From: an uncultured Nitrososphaeraceae archaeon
GTDB taxonomy: Archaea; Thermoproteota; Nitrososphaeria; Nitrososphaerales; Nitrososphaeraceae
Reading direction: 5' to 3'
Assembly: GCA_963837175.1 (NCBI GenBank)
Contig: CAWIMJ010000043.1
Location: 1-49,791, forward strand
DNA length: 49,791 nt
A program made the position numbers and the translations under genes. The notes under the pieces were generated by a model, which searched no databases, had not been told where the DNA came from, and worked only from the letters and a program-made list of their open reading frames with translations. Positions 43,383-49,791 of this stretch are shown here, piece by piece (the stretch's first letter is position 1; every line of letters begins with the position of its first letter).

Positions 43383-43451
43383 GGACAAACTCCTAACTCA
43401 AGATCTACTTCATCGAGTGCTCAGTAGGGCTAGTCTCGTCATCGTTCGTCC
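43383..43451 (-). ncRNA. Candidate K-turn / box C/D-like small RNA
   Basis: GGACGAAC-GAUGACGA-GACUAGCC-CUACUGA-GCACUC-GAUGAAGUAG-...-GUUUGUCC: 8-bp terminal stem, C-like box, CUGA box, and TTTTTATG about 25 nt upstream. Confidence 0.5.
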
Positions 43452-43816
43452 AATTTAATATGAATATTATAGCATAAAAATGAAGATCTAAAAACTTTGA
43501 GTTGTCAATATGCATATATTCTGAATTTATGTTTGATTTCTATTATTCAATCTATGCGATAAAAAATTTTATAACAACTTGAATATTTTATAATTTTGTT
43601 CTTAGATGCAAAATCTTTTTAATAATTAAAAAAGAATATGCATTTAGTAGGCGTTCTTTGTGATTACTCTCTATTAGGGGTAATGTCTAATTCCAATTTC
43701 TACTATCGCCACTACCAATGCCTGTTATCTAGCATATAGCTATGTATATTATAATGCAACAATTTAGCATAAGCCTTCTTTTAAAAGTAACAAAAGGATT
43801 ATTGTTATTATTTTTA

Positions 43817-44633
43817 CTATTGCGTTTGCCTCTTAATATTCTTGGTGTGCTCGTTACCTTCTTTTTCTTTGTTATCTGCGTCAGCCCATAGATAGTGGAA
43901 ATAATCTTTTGCAAAACCGGCAAGACCTGTGTGCTCTGCCCAGATGGCAATTGGTTCCACATTCATATTACCATTTCTTCCTTCACCTAGCAGGATCATT
44001 ACTTGCTTGCTGTCACCAATCACTCCTCCACCAAACATATTATTTTTCAATCTGACTTCCGCAATTCTAGATATGGCACGTACCGTATCAGTAGTGGTTT
44101 CTTCTGAAGCAAGAACAGTTATTCTTACTCCTCTCTCATGTAACATCCTTAACATTGGTTGGACCGGCTTTGCTATATTTTCAGCAACTTGAGGCAATGC
44201 TATGAGCAACTCGTGTTGACAGGTCTGAATGATCTCGCTTACTTTTGCGGCAATATTATAAATTCCTCTCACAACCCAAATTTCTGGTTTTTCTCTAACG
44301 CCACTCTTTTGGTAAATTGGCATTAATTCGCCGACGATCAAATTTTCATTGTCTCTAATATCATTTTCAATGCGCATTCGCATAGCTTCTAGTGCAGTAA
44401 GAGGTGATTTAGGAAAGAATTTTTGAGGTCTTGAGCTATCAATTTCAAGCCAGCCTTTGTCCTCTAAACTATTTAAAACTTCGTAAATCTTGGAATATGG
44501 AACACCTGATTTTTTACTAATATTAGAAGTCTGTCATAGAACCGGTCTCTAGAAGGGAGAGGTAGACCTTCGTTTCATAACTTGTCAAGCCAAGGCTCTC
44601 CATTGCTTTCCTTGACTTGTCACTTATGCTCAT
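43817..44633 (-). CDS. TrmB-family transcriptional regulator; 1-nt insertion near 44530
   Basis: Restored MSISDKSRKAMESLGLTSYETKVYLSLL...TASNISKKSGVPYSKIYEVLNSLEDKGWLE...RPQKFFPKSP, followed by a PLD-like C-terminal domain. Confidence 0.9.
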
Positions 44634-44818
44634 TTAGTACACAGAAAAATGAAAAAAAGGCTATTATATAAGTATGCATTAGTAGTTTGCTGTAGCATAG
44701 TGCAAATAATAGAAAACTGTTGATGTTTATTAACTAATCACCGTAGGATTTGTGCGGTTATCTTTATATATAAATTGGATTGGACATTACTAGAAGGTAC
44801 ATTAAGTAGGTAATAACT

Positions 44819-46543
44819 ATGGATTTAATACAAATTTCTAACATGACTACTACTAGTAAGACTACTTCTACTAGACGAACAATTAGGTATACACAAAGTA
44901 TCTGCCCAGATTGCAATATGATCTTGGATGCAGAAGTTTTTGAAAGAGAAGGCAAGGTATACATGACAAAGACTTGTCCATCTCATGGTGAATGCGAAGA
45001 ACTATACTTCGGATCGTATGAGATGTACAAAAAATTCAGCACATATTGGGTGGATGGAAAAGGTGCTCATGCTCCGAATGTTATGGTAGATAAATGTGCA
45101 TGCCCAACCAATTGTGGTCTGTGTACTAACCATCTTTCACACTCTGGTTTGGCTAACATGATCGTTACCAACAGATGTGATTTGACCTGCTGGTATTGCT
45201 TCTTCTATGTAAAGAAGGGTCTAGAAGGCGCTTATCTCTACGAACCAAACTATGAACAAATAAGAGCTATGATGAAAACATTAAAGGCAGAAAAACCGAT
45301 AGCTGGTAATTCAATACAGGTTACAGGTGGGGAGCCGATGCTCAGAGATGATATTGTAGACGTTATCAAAATAATGAAGGAGGAAGGAGTAGATCATGTT
45401 CAGTTAAACACTAACGGTATCAAACTAGCTTTGTCTCCAGAAACTATGCGCCAGGTAAGAACGGCTGGTGTAAGTAATCTCTATCTTTCATTTGATGGAG
45501 TTACTCCAAGAACTAATCCTAAGAATCACTGGGAAGTTCCATATACACTAGAATCTGCACGAAAATGTGGTATGACTGTAGTTTTTGTGCCAACAGTAAT
45601 CAAATCAATCAATGATCATGAATTAGGTGGAATTATCAGATATGCACAAAAGCACATGGATGTTGTTCATGCTGTGAACTTCCAGCCAGTATCATTGACA
45701 GGTAGAATGACAAAGAAGGAACGTGAAAAATACCGAATAACAATTCCTGATTGCATCGAAAGAATTGAAGAGCAGACAAATGGTGAAATCACATCCGATG
45801 GATGGTTCCCAGTTCCCTCATGTATGCCTTTAACAAATGTAATAGAAGCATTCAGCAATAAACCAAAATACGAACTCTCAATTCATTTTGCGTGTGGTGC
45901 CGGAACATATGTTTTCGAAGATACTCAGACAAAGAAACTGACGCCACTTACATCATTCGTTGATCTTAAGGGATTGCTCGAATACTTTGAGGAGAAATCT
46001 GATGAAATCAAATCTGGTGCCAATAGATACTGGACAATGCTAGATGTAGTACGCAAACTTAATCAGTTTGTTGACAGGAGCAAACAGCCACATGGCTTGG
46101 ACCTTGCCAAGATGTTCTCAAGCATATTGTTAAAGCGCAACTTTGAATCAGTTGGATCATGGCACGTGAGATCTCTATTCTTAGGAATGATGCACTTCCA
46201 AGACAAATATAACGAAGACTTGGAGAGATTGCAAAGATGTGATATACATTATTTAACACCAGACCTTAGAATCATACCCTTCTGTGCATTTAATGTCATT
46301 CCTGAGTGGTATAGGGACCGCATTCAAAAGAAGTACAGCATTCCAGTAGAAGAATGGGAAAAGGCACATGGTCAAACACTAGAAGCTGGTCTTTACAGAG
46401 GACTTATGAGACGAGGCAAATCAGAGGCTCAGATGGGCTGTGCATTATCAGAAATGCACAAGGCAGCTGCTGAAGCTACAGTAGCAGCCGAAAGCGGAGA
46501 TCACAAAGCTGTTGAACTTCGCAATGGTATGGCAGGAGCCTAG
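44819..46543 (+). CDS. tes: Tetraether lipid synthase (Tes/GDGT-MAS), radical SAM
   Basis: N-terminal SICPDC...KTCPSHG, CPTNCGLCTNH, SAM motif CDLTCWYC, TGGEP, HFACG, RCDIHY..PD.RIIPFCAFN. Confidence 0.88.
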   Translation: MDLIQISNMTTTSKTTSTRRTIRYTQSICPDCNMILDAEVFEREGKVYMTKTCPSHGECEELYFGSYEMYKKFSTYWVDGKGAHAPNVMVDKCACPTNCGLCTNHLSHSGLANMIVTNRCDLTCWYCFFYVKKGLEGAYLYEPNYEQIRAMMKTLKAEKPIAGNSIQVTGGEPMLRDDIVDVIKIMKEEGVDHVQLNTNGIKLALSPETMRQVRTAGVSNLYLSFDGVTPRTNPKNHWEVPYTLESARKCGMTVVFVPTVIKSINDHELGGIIRYAQKHMDVVHAVNFQPVSLTGRMTKKEREKYRITIPDCIERIEEQTNGEITSDGWFPVPSCMPLTNVIEAFSNKPKYELSIHFACGAGTYVFEDTQTKKLTPLTSFVDLKGLLEYFEEKSDEIKSGANRYWTMLDVVRKLNQFVDRSKQPHGLDLAKMFSSILLKRNFESVGSWHVRSLFLGMMHFQDKYNEDLERLQRCDIHYLTPDLRIIPFCAFNVIPEWYRDRIQKKYSIPVEEWEKAHGQTLEAGLYRGLMRRGKSEAQMGCALSEMHKAAAEATVAAESGDHKAVELRNGMAGA

Positions 46544-46663
46544 TAGATAACACAAGTAAGGTTTACCTCACCCTTTTATTATTTTATTATTTCTTATATA
46601 AGAAATTAAGTTATAGTATTTTTTATTTATAGATATAGTGTGATGATGATTATTATAGTGAGA

Positions 46664-46767
46664 ATGTATGCACACGCGCACACGCACGCGAATATATGAC
46701 TTGTCAGTTGTGTATGTGTGTGTGATCTTAATTAGTAAACAAATATAGAAAATACACATACACACAT
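46664..46767. repeat. Alternating purine-pyrimidine tract and inverted TG/CA repeat
   Basis: 27-nt perfect RY run at 46664-46690; tgtgtatgtgt (46709-46719) is the inverted repeat of acacatacaca (46754-46764). Confidence 0.75.
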
Positions 46768-46846
46768 GCTAACTCTTCCTATTCTATTCTTATTCTTATC
46801 TACCACTGGATAAGATTTAATTGAAAGATACAATGCTTTTCTATAT

Positions 46847-47710
46847 ATGTCTACTATGAAATATATTCAACTCGATCCGCAAGGAGACATTGCTATAATC
46901 AAGATTAACCGACCAGAGGCATTAAACGCAATGAACGTAGATGTTATATCTGAATTATCGCGTGCACTAGACATTGTCGGCGTTGATGATGGAATAAAAG
47001 TTGTAATTATTACTGGGGCTGGCGAAAAGTCATTCTGTGCTGGAGCAGATATTGCGTACATGGTTAATATTGATCCTATGAAAGCTGAAAAATATGCTTC
47101 TTCTGCTCAGGCTGTACTTAACAAAATAGAAAAATTAGAAAAACCTGTCATAGCCGCAGTCAACGGTTTTGCACTGGGTGGTGGTTGTGAATTGGCAATG
47201 GTCTGTGACATTCGAATTGCATCCAGTAATGCCAAACTTGGCCAGCCAGAAGTCACAATAGGTATTCCTCCAGGGTGGGGAGGAACTCAGAGATTATTGA
47301 GAATTGTTGGTCCTGCGAAAGCAAAAGAACTAGTCTTTACAGGCAAAATGATCACGGCAGAAGAAGCAGTACAGATTGGTCTTGTTAATAAAGTAGTAAG
47401 TCTAGGATCTGAGGATAATTTACCTCCAGAAGTATCAAAAGATGACGCAGTTAAAGAAAAGGAAAGATCTGCAGAAGTAGCAAAGATTCTCAACAAAAAG
47501 TTAATAGAAGAATGCCTGTCAATTGCAAAGGAAATAACAAAGAATAGTTTTACTGCTGTCAAAGTTAGTAAAATGCTAATCAATAAAGGAATGGATGTAG
47601 ATATTGATTCTGGGCTGCGACTCGAAATATATGGCTGGGCCTTATGTTTTGCCCATGAAGATAGACAAAAAATGATGTCTGCCTTTTTGGATAAGGGAAA
47701 GAAAAAGTAG
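46847..47710 (+). CDS. Enoyl-CoA hydratase (crotonase family), probably the 3-hydroxypropionyl-CoA dehydratase/crotonyl-CoA hydratase of the 3HP/4HB cycle
   Basis: NRPEALNA, FCAGADI, AVNGFALGGGCELAMVCDIR, GQPE..IG..PGWGGTQRL. Pathway role is inferred from the host lineage. Confidence 0.88.
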   Translation: MSTMKYIQLDPQGDIAIIKINRPEALNAMNVDVISELSRALDIVGVDDGIKVVIITGAGEKSFCAGADIAYMVNIDPMKAEKYASSAQAVLNKIEKLEKPVIAAVNGFALGGGCELAMVCDIRIASSNAKLGQPEVTIGIPPGWGGTQRLLRIVGPAKAKELVFTGKMITAEEAVQIGLVNKVVSLGSEDNLPPEVSKDDAVKEKERSAEVAKILNKKLIEECLSIAKEITKNSFTAVKVSKMLINKGMDVDIDSGLRLEIYGWALCFAHEDRQKMMSAFLDKGKKK

Positions 47711-47806
47711 TAATAGGAGTAGTATTAGAGGAGAAACAAAATATTGCGATGATATAATAATAACAATAACACTCTTGGTCTATCTCTCTTTCTCTGTGCT
47801 ATTTTA

Positions 47807-48868
47807 TTATTTTTTAAAACTAACTGATACTACTTTAGCGCCAGTACTGGAATGGCAGATTACCGTCCTGCTTTCTATTTTTGCTTCGTTGAAACCTGCA
47901 GCCATTGCATCTGCAACTTCCTTGCCATTCTTATTACTTTTCAAAAATGAGATGATTGATGGACCAGCACCGCTAATTGTCACTGCGAGTGCTCCTGCTT
48001 TGGTAGCCTTTCTTTTGACCTCATCATAACCGGGAATCAAATGCTTTCTTGCAGGCTCTACAATGACGTCATCTATACCCTTTGCAATCATTTCTATATC
48101 TTTTGACATGAACCCAGCAACAATAGTGCTTGCATTTGATACATTATGAACCACACTTTTCAGAGGAACTTGAGTGGGCAAAACACTTCTTGCAACTTCT
48201 GTCTTTCTCTTGGGAACTCTAATTAGGGGAATTGCAATAACCAAAACGAGATCTTTTGGCGGCTCTATTCTAATAAATTCCAGTTTTGGACTGGTCCTTA
48301 CAATAACAAATCCGCCCAAGTAAAGACCCAGAAACATTATCATAGTGCTTTGTCCCTGCACTTGCAATTTCACCTTCGGCAGCATATTCAACTAATTTTG
48401 TTTTCTCTATTTTAAGATCAAATAATTTATCAAATGCTACAGCAGCAGCTGCTGCTGATGCGGCACTACTTCCCATTCCAAATCCAGCTGGCACTTTTTT
48501 TAGAATATTGATATCAAGATCATAATCTATATGAAAATCTTCAGCCATTCTTTTAACTACTAGACCTGCAGAATTATCTTCTGGATTAGTGGGAATTATT
48601 ATTCCTCCTACTCCTTTACCTTTGTCTGCCGCCTTTCTTCTGACATTTTAATGGTTATCTGTCTTTCATTTGATCTGTTTGATGTCGTCTTTTTCTTCTT
48701 TTTCTTCGTAGTCGTTATTTTCACTCTGTCCTCAAATGCGTCTAGACCAAGACCAAATACATCATATCCAGGGCCCAAATTAGCAGTAGAAGAGGATGCA
48801 GTAGCGGTACAAGAAGTATAAGTAGATGTAGTAAAAGTAGTGGCAGAAGAATCTGATTTCAAAGTCAA
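47807..48868 (-). CDS. thrB: Homoserine kinase; two indels (about 48316 and 48634)
   Basis: SSTANLGPGYDVFGLGL, IPTNPEDNSAG, KKVPAGFGMGSSAASA, HYDNV, TEVARSVLP, D.IVEPAR, ISGAGPS. Confidence 0.93.
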
Positions 48869-49623
48869 TCTCTAATTTCCTCGCCTTGATTAAGGATTCT
48901 AGATAAGGTTGCAGATAGATTTACCATCCCACTCATAGTAAGACTGGAAACGGCAATGATATTTTGCATAAATCCTCCCTTTGCCATACTTCTTGCCAAA
49001 TCTTTACTTAAAAGAGAATATTCAGTATCTTTTTCATTATTAAGAGCAGACTCTAAACTAGTGCTGGAAGACGACCATTCTAATATACCCTGAATTTTTT
49101 CGATAATTAAATCCCGTTTAGTTAGTACATTTACTTGTGCGGTCTTGAGTCTTAATTTAATTGATGATGCAAGCAAGGCTATTGAAATGTAGTTAATAGG
49201 ACATGATACCAGCATGCCGTCAAATAAAAATAGTGTTACCTTGTTGTCCGACTGGAAATTTGAGACGAAATATGGGCCACTGGCTCGGAATGCAAAAAGC
49301 TCGATTTGCCCAGGAGTATCAATTATAATATAATCGGGATTTAAGTTATCTACTTCATTTTGAATATCTTCTAATTTTGTCGCGATCATATCGCTTGCCA
49401 TCACTAGCGACCCATTCGGTCCTAAATCATAGGTCTCCATCAAAGTATTAATATCAATATAATTTCGAACATCTATATCCGGCTCATATGGTAAATTTAC
49501 AGCACCAGGGTCTAGATTAAGACTAATTGGATATGATTGGTTGTCTTTATACCATTGAAGTAATCTTGATGTGAGAAGTGATTTGCCTGATCCAGCCGTG
49601 CCAGTAATAAATATTGATTCCAT
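48865..49623 (-). CDS. GPN-loop GTPase
   Basis: GTAGSGKS, NLDPG, LGPNG, DTPGQIE, LTKRD. Confidence 0.95.
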   Translation of the reverse strand: MESIFITGTAGSGKSLLTSRLLQWYKDNQSYPISLNLDPGAVNLPYEPDIDVRNYIDINTLMETYDLGPNGSLVMASDMIATKLEDIQNEVDNLNPDYIIIDTPGQIELFAFRASGPYFVSNFQSDNKVTLFLFDGMLVSCPINYISIALLASSIKLRLKTAQVNVLTKRDLIIEKIQGILEWSSSSTSLESALNNEKDTEYSLLSKDLARSMAKGGFMQNIIAVSSLTMSGMVNLSATLSRILNQGEEIRD

Positions 49624-49791
49624 TAATGACTGTCAGACCAACTAGTCAATGCATTTGTATATTTACTTTCTTTATTAATTAGAATATGTTCTCAGGCTAG
49701 AATTTTATGCATACATGCAACTCAGTATCTTTATGAGAGATATTCAATGATAACCATATACATCACATTAATATTGCTATTTTGGAAATAA

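Overview
AT-rich archaeal DNA, most likely from a soil ammonia-oxidising archaeon (Nitrososphaerota, Nitrososphaeraceae-like). The assignment is inferred from CdvA, an ESCRT-III paralog, PolD, Tes, a DUF4364-like wHTH and a thaumarchaeal-type ferredoxin. The window appears to span the chromosomal replication origin: PolD large subunit and GGGP synthase, then three uncharacterised HTH genes, then an intergenic region with ORB boxes and an AT-rich unwinding element (about 18.3-18.8 kb), then cdc6/orc1 and the PolD small subunit. Housekeeping genes follow (cbiE, cdvA, acs, ferredoxin, M3-like peptidase, cdvB paralog, cutA, pelota, TrmB-family regulator, tes, enoyl-CoA hydratase, thrB, GPN GTPase). 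The first ~9.9 kb is accessory, with a ferritin-like gene, pseudogenes and tiny zinc-finger or basic proteins. The most notable observation is that the three HTH genes beside oriC, one of them membrane-anchored, sit on two separate dense motif arrays: GTTAAC palindromes around the ORBs and GTGATAT-type motifs within the genes. This may be an undescribed origin-binding, tethering or segregation module. Also seen are a candidate K-turn/C-D-like small RNA at 43.4 kb and an 11-bp-phased repeat array at 5.5 kb. Nine single-base indels in seven conserved genes look like sequencing or consensus errors. I found no rRNA, tRNA, CRISPR array or recognisable transposase. All family calls are from motif recognition by eye, not database searches.
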